NCBI RefSeq assembly: GCF_963921235.1
Contig: NC_086097.1
Coordinates: forward strand, 53,384,001 to 53,448,000
Source: Mobula hypostoma
Taxonomy: Eukaryota
Reading direction: 5' to 3'
DNA: 64,000 nucleotides
Every line of letters starts with the position of its first letter. Position 1 is the stretch's first letter. The notes under the pieces are model-generated. The model was not told where the DNA came from. It did not search any database and saw nothing but the letters and a program-made list of their open reading frames with translations. A program made the translations under genes and the position numbers. Shown one piece after another: positions 50,460 to 64,000 of this stretch.

Positions 50460-53143
50460 CCAGTGTCCTGAGCTGCCTATATTTCAATGCAAGAAGTATC
50501 ATAGGAAGGAGGGTGTGCTCAGGGCATGGATCAACACCTGGAAATATGATGTTCTGGCCATTAGTGAGACTTGGTTGCAGGAGGGGCAGGACTGGCAGCT
50601 CAATATTCTGAGGTTCCGTTGTTTTAGACATGACAGAGCGGGAGGGATTGAAGAAGGAGGGGTGGCATTACTAGTCAGGGAAAATGTCATGGCAGCATTC
50701 CATCAGGACAGACAGGAAAACTTGATGAGTGAGGTGTTATGGGTGGAACTGAGAAATGAAAAAGATATGACCACAGTATTAGGACTATAATACAGGCTAC
50801 CCAACAGTTCCTAGAGATTTAGAGGAAGAAATTTGTAAAGAGGTTGTAGACTGTTGCAAGAAACATAAGGTTGTTGTAGTAGGTGATTTTAACTTTCCAC
50901 ATATTCACTGGGAATCCCACATTGTAAAAGGTCTAGATGGGATAGAGTTTGTCAAATGTGCTCAGGAAAGTTTCCTTCATCAGTACGTAGCAGTCTTAAC
51001 GAAAGAGACTGTGATACTGGATCTGCTATTAGGGAGTGAGACAGGGCAGGTGACAGAAGTTAGTGTAGGAGAACACTTTGCATCCAGTGACCACAATGCC
51101 ATTAGTTTCAAAATATGCAAAAAGGTAGGTCTGCTCCGCAGGTTGAAATTGTAAATTGGAGAAATCAGAAATGATTTGGCACTGTGGATTGGGACAGGCT
51201 ATTTTGTGGCAGAGGTGTACTTGGAAAGTGGGAGGCCTTCAAATACAAAATTTTGAGAGTACAAAGATTGCCTGTCAGAATAAAAGGTAAAGATAGCAAA
51301 GTAGGGAATCTTGTTTTTCAAGCGATACTGAGGCCCTGGTTAAGAGAAAAAGGGAGATGCAGAGCAGGTTTAGGCAAGTAGGAACAAATGAGGTGCTTAT
51401 GGAGTACAAGAAATGCAAGAGAATACTTAAGAAAGAAATCAGAAAGGCTAAAAGAAGGCATGAGGTTGCTTCTAGCAGACAAGGTGAATGCGAATCCTAA
51501 GGGATTCTACAGATATGCTGAGCAAAAGGATTGCAAGGGACAAAATTGATCCTCTGGAAGACCAGAATGGTAATCCATGTGGGGAGCCAAAAGAAATAGG
51601 GGAGTTCGAAAATGAATTCTTTGCATCTGTCTTTACTTGGGAGACAGATACAGAGTCTATAGAAGTGAGGCAAAGCAGCATCAACTTCATGGGCCCTATA
51701 CAGATTACGGAGGAGGAGGTGTTTGCTACCCTGAGGCAAATCAAGGTGGATAAATCACCAGGGCCTGACAAGGTGTTCCCTCGGACCCTACGGGAGGCAA
51801 TTGCAGAAACTGATGAGGCCCTAGCAGAGATATTTAAAACATCCTTGGCGACAGAAGAGGTACCAGAGGAATGGTGGATAGCCAATGTTGTTCCATTGTT
51901 TAAAAAAAGGCTCTAAACATAAACCAGGAAATTATAGGCCAGTGAGTCTAACATCAGTTGCGGGAAAGATATTAGAAGGTATTCTAAGGGACTGGATTTG
52001 GAAGTATTTGGATAGACACAGACTGATTCAATATAGTTCACATGGCTTTGTGCGTGGTAGGTCATGTTTAACCAACTTTAGTAAGGCTTTTGACAAGGTC
52101 CTGCAAGGGAGACTGGTCAAGAAGGTTCAGTCACTCAGCATTCAAGATGAGGTAGTAAATTGAATTAGACATTGGTTTTGTGGGAGAAACCAGAGGTTTG
52201 TAGTAGAGGGTTGCCTCTCTGACTGGATGCCTGTGAATAGTGGTATGCCCCTGTTTGTCACCTATATCAATGATCTGGATGATAATGCGGTTAACTGGAT
52301 CAGCAGATTTGTGGATGACACCAAGACAGGGGTGTAGTGGATAGCGGGGAAGGCTAACTTCAGAAGGATCTGCTTCAGCTGGAAAAATGGGCTGAAAAAT
52401 GGCAGATGGAATTTAATGCAGACAAGAGCGAGTTTTTGCACTTTGAGAGGACCAAAAGGGTAGGTCTTATACAGTGAATGGTAGCACACTGAGGAGTGTA
52501 GTAGAACAAAGGGATCTGGGAATACAGGCCCATAATTCATTGAAAGTGGTGTCACAATAGATAGGGTTGTAAAGAAAACTTTTGGCACATTGGCCTTCAT
52601 AAATCAATGTATTAAGTACAAGAGATGGGATGTTATGTTAAAGTTGTATAAGATGCTGGTGAGGTCTAATTTGGAGTACTGTGCGCAGTTTTGGTCATCC
52701 TCCTACAGGGAAGATATAAAGAAGGTTAAAAGAGTACAGAGAAAAATTTACAAGGATGTTTTTGGGTCTGGAGGACCTGAGTTATAAGGAAAGGTTGAAT
52801 AGGGTATGACTGTATACTTTAGAATGTAGAAGATTGAGAGGAGATTTGACAAAGTTATACCAAGTTTTGAGGCATATAGATAGGGTAAATTTAAGAAGAC
52901 TTTTTTCACTGAGGTTGGGTGGGACTACAAGCAGAGGTCATGGGTTAAGGGTGAAAGATAAGAAGCTTGAGGGGAACATGAGGGGAAGCTCCTTCACTCC
53001 AAGGATTGTGAGAATGTGGAATGAGTTGCCAGTGCAAGTGATGCATGTGAGCTCAATTTCAATGTTGCAAGGAAGTTTGGATAGATAGGGGTATGGAGGG
53101 CTATGGTCCTGGTGTATGTCAATGGGAGTAGGCAGTTTAAATG
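50460..53143 (+). mobile_element. CR1 LINE ORF2 (APE endonuclease plus RT), degenerate; its 3' UTR is split by the Gypsy element and resumes at 58788
   Basis: YDVLAISETWL, GDFNFPHI, KSPGPD, GNYRPVSLTS, FSKAFDKV and FVDDT motifs. Confidence 0.9.
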
Positions 53144-53685
53144 TGTAACCCTCTCACCGATGCTCGTGACAATCTAGTTTTGTTAGCTTACTCTGGCTAT
53201 CAGCCACATGGCTCAGCATTTCATGGGTAACAGTGAGAAAGCCACGTTCAATAAGCAACACACATCTTGGGTCGGTTTGATTCAAGTTCAACCAAACAGG
53301 AAAGTTGTAAGGTTCCGATGAGGGAACGAATATTGTGGCGAATGCTGTGTAAATGCTGCCCCATGCAAAGTTATCATTCGCCAGGAAATAACATTGATTA
53401 CGCTGGAATAAAATTAAAGTGGAAGTATATTTAAAGGTATTTCAATTTTAACAACAGTTAATAGAACAAGAAAAGGGTCCATTACAGTTAAACTAGTCTA
53501 AATGTGCACATAAACACTGGAGCTCATTTCTGAAGTAGTCGGGTGCTTCACTTTGATTACTCACATGCTGAACCCATGCTCTGTGTTAAGAACACCAGTC
53601 ACAATTCAAACTTCCCTTGAAGATCATTATGAACAAACTGGCTAACTCAGGAGCAGTGGCATTTCCTCCTGGGAACCATTCATCT

Positions 53686-55291
53686 TGTTATGAACCAGCA
53701 GCAACAGAGATGAATTTGAGTTGAGTTTTTATAAAAGGATGCAGGCTGACTTGGATAGGTTAGGTGAGTGGGCAAATTCATGACAGATGCAATTTAATGT
53801 GGATAAATGTGAGGTTATCCACTTTGGTGGCAAAAACAGGAAAACAGATTATTATCTGAATGGTGGCTGATTAGGAAAAGGGGAGGTGCAACGAGACCTG
53901 GATGTCATTATAGACCAGTCATTGAAAGTGGGCATGCAGGTACAGCAGGCGGTGAAAAAGGCTAATGGTATGCTGGCATTCATAGCAAGAGGATTCGAGT
54001 ACAGGAGCAGGGAGGTACTACTGCAGTTGTACAAGGCCTTGGTGAGACCATGCCTGGAGTATTGTGTGCAGTTTTGGTCCCCTAATCTGAGGAAAGATAT
54101 TTTTGCCATAGAGGGAGTACAAAGAAGGTTCACCAGATTGATTCCTGGGATGGCAGGACTTTCATATGATGAAAGACTGGATTGACTACGCTTATACTCA
54201 CTGGAATTTAGAAGATTGAGGGGGGATCTTATTGAAACATATAAAATCCTAAAGGGATTGGACAGGCTAGATGCAGGAAGATTATTCCCGATGTTGTGGA
54301 AGTCCAGAACGAGGGGTCACAGTTTGAGGATAAAAGGGAAGCCTTTTAGGACCGAGATTAGGAAAAACTTCTTTACACAGAGAGTAGTGAATCTGTGGAA
54401 TTCTCTGCCACAGGAAACAGTTGAGGCCAGTTCATTGGCTATATTTAAGAGGGAGCTAGATATGGCCCTTGTGGTTAAAGGGATCAGGGGGTATGGAGAG
54501 AAGGCAGGTACAGGGTTCTGAGTTGAATGATCAGCCATGATCATACTGAATGGCGGTGCAGGCTTGAAGGGCCAAATGGCCTACTCCTGCACCTATTTTC
54601 TATGTTTAAAATAAACAACAATATTAACCTCTACTCAAATTATCATGGAACAGTAAATGAACGATTAACTTAAATGGATGTTAACAGCGTTATGCATCTA
54701 TAGTTATCAAACAGTTGAACTTAAAGATAATTCTTAACAGATCTTAATTAAGCACAGTCTTAAGGTGGTAATTTAATAAGTCCAAATGATTCCTGAAATA
54801 TTCGAGGGGAGAGACTTCACCAGTCCCCGAAGTAAAGATGTCACTGCTGATGCAGCTCCCAGCCGAAATGCCTTGTCTGAAGTTATGACGCAGAATACGA
54901 TTTCTCAAAGTAACTGACCTTTCAACAAAGTGATCATCGCACAACCCAAACCGTGTCAGGGATAACAAAACGTGCATGCCACGTATGGACGGTTCCAAAT
55001 GTCAGTCACACCCATAATGCACCGAATGGCGCTGGTTAACCCCAATCCTTTTGGGGTTTGTTTGGAGCTGGGGATTCTTCACTCTCACTCTTTCTTCTCT
55101 GATGGCGTAAGTACCAACGGTGGACTCCCAACAAAGCAAATTACGCAACAACTGTGGATTCCCCTTATATACCAGTCGGAACATGCTGTCACATGACATC
55201 ACGTCACCCTACTATCACAAGACAACTCCATCATTCCAATAGCATAAGACAATTACATCATACTTACAAGATACTCACGGGACAGGTAACA
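53686..55291. mobile_element. Solo LTR of a different family nested in the Gypsy 3' LTR
   Basis: TGTTA...TAACA termini; TSD ATCT (53682-53685, 55292-55295); removing it restores collinearity with the 5' LTR (ccattcatct|gcacaaagtg). Confidence 0.88.
53737..54606 (+). mobile_element. Young 5'-truncated CR1 nested in the solo LTR
   Basis: ORFs 53886-54185 and 54216-54521 (KANGMLAFI, EGVQRRFTRLIPG, FFTQRVVNLWNSLP); tail ctattttctatgtt; possible TSD TAAAA. Confidence 0.9.
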
Positions 55292-58200
55292 ATCTGCACA
55301 AAGTGCTTCTTACAATGGGGTCTCTGCTTTGGGTGGGATTGTGTGAGCATCTTCCCTTGTGTTCTCCTCACAGATCCTTCTTCTCCAACCCCTGCCAACT
55401 AAAAAAAACCCTAAACCAGCCCACTGTCCCTCAGAAATCTGATCCTGCCTAGCTCTCTCAAATGTTCCATGGCATCCCACCGGACAGAATGTTAACAAGA
55501 CAAACCTGATTGGCTGACACAACATTCCTAAGCTGAGCAAATGGTTCCTTATTTTAGCAGAAACCAAAGTACTGAACTGTGAAACTTGATTAGCAGAATA
55601 CACTGTGTTTTACAGGAAAGCTGCAGAAAATAGACATTTAATAGCACAACAGTAGTAATACAATAAAACATATTCTCACAGGGCATTACATTTTCCCCCC
55701 TTCAAAAACGGAACTTGTTAATACATTATTAATAAAACAGCATTAAATAGTTTTCATGATTTCAGGATCCCCAATCCATTTGTAAATGGAAGTAACTTAT
55801 CTCACCATTGGGACTGACACAACACTCTGTTTACCATGTGCAGCATATGCCAGTTTATCTGGGGGTTTCCTGACTCTCTGAGACCTCCTTATCCCATTTT
55901 CAGCTTCTTAAGTCACACTGCTTGTGACTCTTCTGGTTTACTTGGGGATGCCTCACGCTGTCTATCACCCACACAATCTGGCAACTCAGTTCCTCCTGCC
56001 CCCGAATGAGCTTCCTTCAGTTTAAGCAGGAGCTGCCAAACATCTTCAACCTCTGCTGGTGCTGACTGGCAGGGCCTCTCTCAGAAAGGGGTGCCCTCTG
56101 TCACTCTAGCTACTCCTCCAGTACATAACAGGACAGGTTTAGACTGTTAGTACCACATATTTCCTGCTCATCATCCTGCTTAGGAGCAACTTGTACCTTC
56201 TCAAAAGCAGCTCTGAGCATCGGATGAATGGACAAGGTTTTCAAAAAAATTCTCTCTATTCCTCACTTTGCATGCTCCCACAAACCTTCTCAGAATGGGA
56301 GTATTTATTCCCACAAGAATGGAAGCTTCACCTTTTTCGACCGGATCTGGGCAGAACAACACTAGTAATGTAATTTGAGAACCTGTGTCAAATGTGGCTG
56401 TAGCATAAATAGCTTCAATCCGTATGGATACATCAGAGCTTGGTCCCACTAAGCTTTCAGGAATAGTGTTTTGCACTTGAGTATTTCTGGTGATACACAG
56501 ATTGGGATGTGTTTGCTACAGGAAGTTAGGCTGTTCCTTTACTGGGTCCCTCTGTGGTTTTGCTTCTGTTTTTCTCTGTTTGATTAACTGCTGACTTACT
56601 TTTTGAAGATTTTCTTGCCCCTCACAGTTTCGCTTCTCCACAGTTGTAACAGAGAATACCAGTTGTCTCCCAGTCAAAAGACCTTTTTCAACAGTGTTCC
56701 TCTGTTTAGTAAGTCCTGTACGTGGGTTTAGTTTCTTAACTGACGTCATGTTCAGCTGAAATGTGAGCAGACATCTAATGAGTCAGTTTAGCTCGAAGGT
56801 TTTTCGGCTCATTCCTCAAAAGCTCTATCTCTGTTGCATCAGGGATCATTTTAGCAACAGAGGCTACCACTGAAGACATTACTCAGCTTTTGGAAACATT
56901 CCACTCCTCAATCATATTTTCCTCCTCTCTAATTTCTCTGAGTAACTCAGTGAAAGACGGAGGAGGACGCATCTTGCAGGTCATTCTAATATGTACAGCA
57001 ATCACATCACGTAACAGCATGCCCTTCGCAACTTACTCCACCCTCAAGCAATTTCTTGCAGGCAGTGCAGTACTTTCTCCAACCTGAAAAGTTAGGCAGA
57101 AAGCTTCTCTCCTTCCTTCTGGAATGTGTGCCTAAACTTCATCATAAGATCGGCTGAACTTTCAGTAGTGCCAAAAGCATTTTCCAGAGCTTGCATTTAG
57201 TTAGCTCTCCTGGCTAAAGGATTTTCTGCCTTTAAGAACCTCACTTTATCAGCCTCTGGACCCATTAAACTCTCTACCAGTCTCTGTTCTTCATATTGTC
57301 TGAGCACTGCCATTCATCCAGTAAATGAGCTGTCGGCTCAGATGAAGCCTCATATTCTTCTTCCCCTTTGGGTGTGGGCTTGACTCCAGAGAACATCCTC
57401 AGCCTACAATAACTTTGGCCTTCTGCAGGTACACTTGGCATTTATTGACCAGTGATTTAATAGCCTAGACCATCTCAGAATTTAAATCAAAAGCTGAAGG
57501 ACCTATTAGACTTATCACATCAGATAAAGTCTTTCCCTCACTCCACAGAAAAGAGAACAATTTGCCTTTAAAATCTTCACCCTTAGCTACATTCCCATCA
57601 ACTCTAAAGATAAGAACAGGACAGGGCCCTGTCTCTCCAGGTACCCCATCCTATTGAGCAGTGTGCCTTCAGTCATGTCATTGGTAGTCGTATTGCAGCA
57701 GAGCTTAACCTCTGCAACATCCATAATAAAGAACATTAATAGTGATGTACCTTATTTTCCACAGAACTCTGGCTCAAACACACAAATAAACTGCTTAATC
57801 AATTCTTATGCAGTATTTTATCCCAGATGAGCCCCCCAAAATTGTAGCACTCTTACTGAGGCTCATAACAAACTAGGCTTGTTAGCTAACTCTGGCCAAC
57901 AACCACATGACTCAGTATTGCATGGGTAATGGTGAGAAAGTCATTGTCAATAAGCAACCCATCTCTAGGATTGGTATGATTCAGGTTCAACCAAATAGGA
58001 AAGTTGGAATGTTCCGTTGAAGGAATGAAAATTGTGGTGAATGCTCTAGCAATACTGCCCCATGCAAAGTTGTCATTCACCAGGAAATAACAGACCTTAC
58101 ACTGGCAAAAAATTAAAGTGGAAGTATATATATTTTTACAGGTATTTCAACTTTATCCAACAGTTAATAGGGAAAAAGGAGCCCAGTACTGTTAAATGCC

Positions 58201-58803
58201 AGTCTAAACGTGCACATAAACACTGGAGCTCATTTCTGGAGCAGTTGGGTGCCTCGCTTTGATTACTCATGCGCTGAACCCACGTTCTGCATTAAAAACA
58301 CTAGCCACATTTCAAACTTCTCTTGAAGACCAATACGAATGAACTGGCTATCTCAGGAGTATTGGCACTTCATCTTTGGAACCATTCATCTGCACAAAGT
58401 GCTTCTTACAATGGGGTCTTTGCTTTGGGTGGGATTCTGCGATCATCTTCCCTTGTGTTCTCCTTGCAGCTCCTTCTTCTCCAACCCTGCCAACTAAAAA
58501 AAACCCAAACCAACCCACTGTCCCTCAGAAATCTGATCCCACCCAGCTCTCTTGAATATTCCATGGCATCCCACTGGACAGAATGTTACCAAGCCAAACC
58601 TGATTCCTGACACAGCATTCCTAACCTGAGCAAATGGACCCTTATGTTAGCAGGAGCCAAAATAGTGAACTGTGAAATAAATTTTAAAGAACACACTGTG
58701 TTTTACAGGAAAGCTGCAGAAAATAAACACTTAAAAGCACAACAGTAGTAATACAATAAAACATATTGTTTCAGGGCATTACAAATGGTTTTGCCAAAGA
58801 CTA

Positions 58804-60225
58804 GAATCAGAATCAGAATCAGGTTTATTATCATTGGCATGTGACGTGGATTTTGTTAACTTAGCAGCAGCAGTTCAATGCAATACATAATCTAGCAGAG
58901 AGAAAAAAATAATAAATAAAATAAAAAATTAATAAGAATAATACGTTTGTAAATAAACAAGTAAATCAATTATGTATAATGAATAGATTAAAAAATGTGC
59001 AAAAACAGAAATAATGTATGTTAAAAAAAGAGTGAGGTAGTGTCCAAAGATTCAATGTCCGTTTAGGAATTGGATGTCAGAGGGGATAAAAGTTGTTCCG
59101 GAATTGCTGAGTGTGTGCCTTCAGGCCTCTGTACCTCCTACTTGATGGTAACAGTGAGAAAGGGGCATGCCCTGGGTGCTGGAGGTCCTTAATAATGGAC
59201 GCTGCCTTTCTGAAACACCGCTCCCTGAAGAAGTCCTGGGTACTTTGTAGGCTAGTGCCCAAGATGGAGCTGACTAGATTTACAACCTTCTGCAGCTTCT
59301 TTCAGTCCCTCCATACCAGACAGTGATGCAGCCTGTCAGAATGCTCTCCACGGTACAACTATAGAAGTTTTTCAGTGTATTTGTTGACATGCCAAATCTC
59401 TTCAAACACCTAATAAAGTATAGCCGCTGTGTTGCCTTCTTTATAACTACATTGATTTGTTGGGACCAGGTTAGATCCTCAGAGATCTTGACACCCAAGA
59501 ACTTGGAACTGCTCACTCTCTCTATTTCTGATCCCTCTATGAGGATTGGTATGTGTTCCTTCATCTTACACTTCCTGAAGTCCCCAATCAGCTCTTCCAT
59601 CTTACTGACATTGAGTGCCAGGCTGTTGCTGTGGCACCATTCCACTAGTTGGCTTATCTCACTCCTGTACACCCTCCCGTCACCACCTGACATTCTACCA
59701 ACAATGGTTGTATTGTCAGCAAATTTATAGATGGTGTTTGAGCTATGCCTAGCCACACAGTCATGTGTATACAGAGAGTAGAGCAGTGGGCTAAGCACAC
59801 ACCCCTGAGGTGCACCAGTGTTGATCGTCAGCGAGGAGGAGATGTTATTACTAATCTGCACAGATTGTGGTCTTCCAGTTAGGAAGTCGAGGATCCAATT
59901 GCAGAGGAAGGTACAAAGGCCCAGGTTCTGCAACTTCTCAATCAGGATTGTGGGAATGATGGTATTAAATGTTGAGCTATAGTCGATGATCAGCATTCTG
60001 ACGTAGGTGTTTGTGTTGTCCAGGGGTCTAAAGCCGAGTGGAGAGCCGTTGAGATTTGGTCTGCCATTGACCTATTGTAGCGATAGGCAAATTGCAATGG
60101 GTCAAGGTCCTTGCTGAGGCAGGAGTTCAGTCTAGTCATGACCAACCTCTCAAAGCATTTCATCACTGTTGGTGTGAGTGATACTGGGCAATAGTCATTA
60201 AGGCATCCCACATTATCCTTCTGAG
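58804..60225 (-). mobile_element. Rex1/Babar LINE 3' half
   Basis: 238-aa ORF with [31 protein letters not shown] and KFADNTT; (GATTCT)n tail at about 58804-58821. Confidence 0.9.
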
Positions 60226-62439
60226 GCACTGGTATATAGATGGGCCAATGGGCCTGTTTCTGTGCTGTACTTCTCTATGACTCTCTGAAAAACAGTAGTG
60301 GTCCTAGCACTTTGTAACTGAACTGTACACAAAACTCCATGTCTTGCCTCACGACTGTTTTGTACAGATGTGAAAGATGTCCCAACTCTTATATTCAATG
60401 CTTCCACCTCTGGAGCAAGCATGCTAAATACCTTCTTCACCATCTTGCCATTTTCAGAGATATATGTCTGGCTCACAACAAACAAAGCCAAGTTAGTCAG
60501 AGAACAGAGGAAGCAGAACTTCTGACAGAAACTTTCTCAGTAAAAGATAGCCTTTAACATATTTCTTGCAGCATATTAATTCAAAAATACTTCTGATTAT
60601 CTTTTCAAGCTTATAAAATATGGCTCATCATTTTAGAATTTTAAAAATATATTTAAAAGCTTTGAAAGAAACTAAATTTTTAAAGCTTGACAGCAGTTTA
60701 GCTCTCTGAAGCAATTAAGGTTAATATTCAGCTCACATGACACTATTTTCAAGTCTGCTATGTTAAGGCACATTGCAAGCATGAAATTTGATGAATTGTG
60801 GCTGCTCGATATGAGAAAATAATTCAAAGTTAATTTATTTTCAAAGTACATATATGTGATCATATACAACCCCAAGATTCAATTTCTTGCGGGCATACTC
60901 AATAATTCCATAATAGGATAACAACCAAATAGAATTGATGGAAGACCACACCAACTTGAGCTTTCAACTGGCATGCAAAAGACCACAAACTGTGTAAATA
61001 CAAAATGAAAGAAATAATAATAATAAATAAATAAGCAGTAAATATTGAGAATAGTCTGCAGATGTACCCAAAGTACTTGTAATCATTGCTGCTTGGGCTG
61101 ACATTATGTACTTTGCAGATAGTTGGTCTGTTGGTAACAATAAGGCGACATAGCTGAAGGTTGCCAGATTGAGTAACAGAAAAGCAATCCTCAGCACCTT
61201 AATTGGATGGTAAATATTTTAATAAGCTTTTCAGAAAGGAAGGTAATTTATCTAATCTTCCTATGCATGTCATTCCAGCCTTTCAATATGACAATTTGTT
61301 TTCTTCAGTAAATGGTTCATAAACCAATTCTCTTTTGTATTTTCATATATTGTTTGGCCAGTTTTGACTTTACACAATGTGCCTCCCTTATAATAACTGT
61401 TATCAAATGTTTTCCACCCACCCATTCTGCATAAGTCATATTTCTTTATTCAGCTTCCTTCTTTTCATCCTTGCAGAAGAAGGCACAGAACTCCAGAAAG
61501 AGAGGGAAATCCAGAGGTGGCTTTCTAGTTACCTCATACTTGATGATTGCAGAATATGTTCCCAGAGATAAGGAGCATGTTGGAAGCTATTTTCTTCTGA
61601 GATGGGTAGAAGAGGGCAGGTTTTGATATAACCCTGACACACGGCATTCAATACCCATTAAAATTACAGTCATCAAAAATGACTGCATGCCTAATGTCAT
61701 AATCCTGGAGTGTATCTTGAGAAAAATAGTTTAATTTGGGAATAATCTAATGAAATTTACGTAAATAAGCTCCTTTAAAAATGTCAAAATTCTTATCTTA
61801 ACAGTTCTAGCCTCCTACAAAACTTTAATCTCTCATATAGGTCATACACTGTGGCTCAGGATTCAAGCCCCGTTCAGATATTGACACTTTGTTCATTCTT
61901 CAACAACAAGATTTAGGCTTTTACCTGATGGTTCAAGCATAATAAGCGAATAACGGCAGATAGGGAAAAAATTGAATGGTGGAAATTATTTTTATTTGGT
62001 TTTTAAATTCTTCTTTCAAAATGTGGACGTTGCTGGGAAGGCCAGATTATTTACTGCTGATCCCTAAATGTACCTGATAAGGTGATGGTGAGCCAACATC
62101 TTAACCATTGCTGCTGGGTTGCAAGTTCCAGAATTTAGGACCAGCTACAGTAACGGATAATGATTTATTTCAAATCTGGGAAGGTGTGTCTTAGTAGTGG
62201 TATTCATATGTACCTGCTGCTCTTGTCCTTGGAAGTAAAGACTAGTTTGGAAGGTAGAGTCAAAATAGCTACAGTATTCTTGGCAGATGGCACATGGAGC
62301 AGTCAGATGATGGTGGAGGGTGTGAGGGTGTATTCTGTAGTTAGGCTATCCACCAAATATTAATTCCATCAGCAAACAATCTTCAGATTGAATTTGAATT
62401 TAAAACACAGTGCAAACCAATTATACTTCAGATGCCTGC

Positions 62440-64000
62440 AAATCAGGAGGGAGGGCTTCATGTTTCTGGACAGTTGGGCTTTGTTTCAGGGAAGGTGGGA
62501 CCTGTTCCGATGGGAGGGTTTGCACCTGAACTGGAGGGGGACTAACATCCTTGCAGGTAGGTTAGCTAGTGCTGCTTCGGGGAGTTTAAACTAGATTTGC
62601 TGGGGGAGGGGAACCAGAGTGTTAGAGCAGATAGTGAGGTGGAGGAGGATAAAGGTCATGCGAGGACTGTATATGAAGACAGAAGTCAAAGGTTTGTACG
62701 TGATAGAAATGTTCTCAGGTGCATCTATATCAATGCAAGGAGTATTGTAGGTAAGGCAGATGAGCTTAGGGCGTGGATTGGCACAGGGGATTATGACATT
62801 ATTGCTATTAATGAGACTTAGTTGCAGGAAGGGCAGGACTGGCAGCTTAGTGTTCCAGGGTTCTGTCGTTTCAGACGTGATGGGGGGGGAGGGATGAAAG
62901 GGGGAGGAGTGGCATTACTAGTCAGGGAAAATATCACAGCTGTGCGTAAACAGGACAGCCTGGAGGGCTCGTCTACAGAGGCCATATGGGTGGAGCTGAG
63001 GAACGGGAAAGGTGTGACCACACTAATAGGGTTGTATTACAGACTGCCTAATAGTCAGAGAGAATTGGAGGAGCAAATCTGTAGAGAGATAGCAGACCGA
63101 TGTAAGCAACAGAAAGTTGTAATAGCAGGGGATTTTAACTTTCCACATATTGACTGGGACTCCCACACTGTGAAAGGGCTGGATGGCTTGGAGTTTGTCA
63201 AATGTGTTCAGGAAAGTTTTCTAAATCAATATACAGAGGTACCAACGAGAGAGGATGCAATACTTGATCTCCTATTAAGGAACCTGACAGGTCAGGTGAC
63301 AGAAGTATGTGTAGGTGAACATTTTGGGTCCAGTGATCATAATGTCATTAGTTTCAAGTTAATTATGGATAAAGATAGGTCTGGTCCTCGAGCTGAGGTT
63401 CTAAATTGGAGAAGAGCCAATTTTGTGGAAATGAGAAAGGAGCTAGGAAGAGTGGATTAGGATAAGTTGTTTTCCGGCAAGGATGTGTTCAGTAAGTGGA
63501 AGGCCTTCAAAGGTGAAATTTTGAGAGTGCAGAGTTTGCATGTTCCTGCCAGGGTTAAAGGCAAAGTTAACAGGCATAGGGAACCTTGGTTTTCAAGGGA
63601 TATTGGCGATCTGGTTAAGAAAAAGAGAGAGGTGTATAGCAGGTTTAGGCAACAAGGAACAAATGAGGTACTTGAAGAGTATAGAAAATGTAAGAAAATA
63701 GTAAAGAAGGAAATCAGGAAGGCAAAAAAAGAAATGAGGTTGCTTTGGCAGATAATGTGAAGGTAAACCCGAAGGGTTTCTACAAGTATGTTAAGAGTAA
63801 AAGGATAGGAAGGGACAAAATTGGTCCCCTAGAAGATCAGTGTGTCACCTATGTGTGGGGCCTCACGAGATGTGGGAGATCTTAAACAGTTTTTTGCATC
63901 AGTATTTACTCTGGAAACTGGCATAGCATATATGGAAGGAAGGGAAACAAGCAGTAGTGTCATGGAACATATAGAGATTAAAGAGGAGGAGGTGCTTGCG
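62440..64000 (+). mobile_element. CR1 LINE: ORF1 esterase C-terminus and ORF2 endonuclease, running off the window
   Basis: EGLHLNWRGTNILAG (SGNH-esterase end of CR1 ORF1); NARSIVGK, GGGVALLV, GDFNFPHIDW and SSDH endonuclease motifs, with stops. Confidence 0.9.

Larger units (their letters stand above)
53144..58783 (-). mobile_element. Gypsy LTR retrotransposon with PNMA-like gag and protease, no RT/IN core
   Basis: 4-bp TSD AATG (53140-53143, 58784-58787); 5' LTR 57843-58783 and interrupted 3' LTR 53144-55690, about 940 bp net each; tRNA-Pro-type PBS TGGGGGGCTCATCTGGGAT (57838-57820); PPT AAGGGGGGAAAA (55702-55691); gag RLRMFSG..GEEEYE..RLVESL..ALENAFG and CYNCGE; protease FDTGSQIT; tail RRSQRVRKPPDKL. 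Confidence 0.92.

Noticed and set aside
1..64000. CRISPR arrays, tRNA/rRNA genes or prokaryote-type operons
   Set aside because: None seen; the window is spliced vertebrate DNA, and the tRNA-related sequence is limited to PBS sites and SINE heads.

Overview
AT-rich vertebrate genomic DNA, probably a cartilaginous fish (ray or shark); this is an inference from the repeat complement (CR1, Rex1/Babar, Penelope-type pLTR repeats, V-SINE-like elements). The only host gene is the 5' part of DDHD1 (PA-PLA1) on the minus strand: coding exons 28997-28475, 16097-15924 and 1970-1842 splice in frame with GT-AG sites, under a CpG-island promoter at about 28.5-29.6 kb. The rest is intron and about 35 kb of upstream intergenic DNA dense in nested transposons. 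The most notable structure is a TSD-flanked Mag-type Gypsy element (33232-36142) whose RT/RNaseH/integrase core is replaced by an intronless fragment of the splicing factor RBM25, preceded by an unexplained in-frame 48-nt segment. Also notable: a Tc1 element carrying a Tigger4-like insertion with a block resembling human MER2 (horizontal-transfer candidate); Penelope-derived insertions, one with a hammerhead ribozyme motif and three as TSD-flanked fold-back palindromes; and a four-layer CR1>Gypsy>solo LTR>CR1 nest. Family names and human comparisons are from recalled sequences, not searches; many LINE boundaries are approximate.
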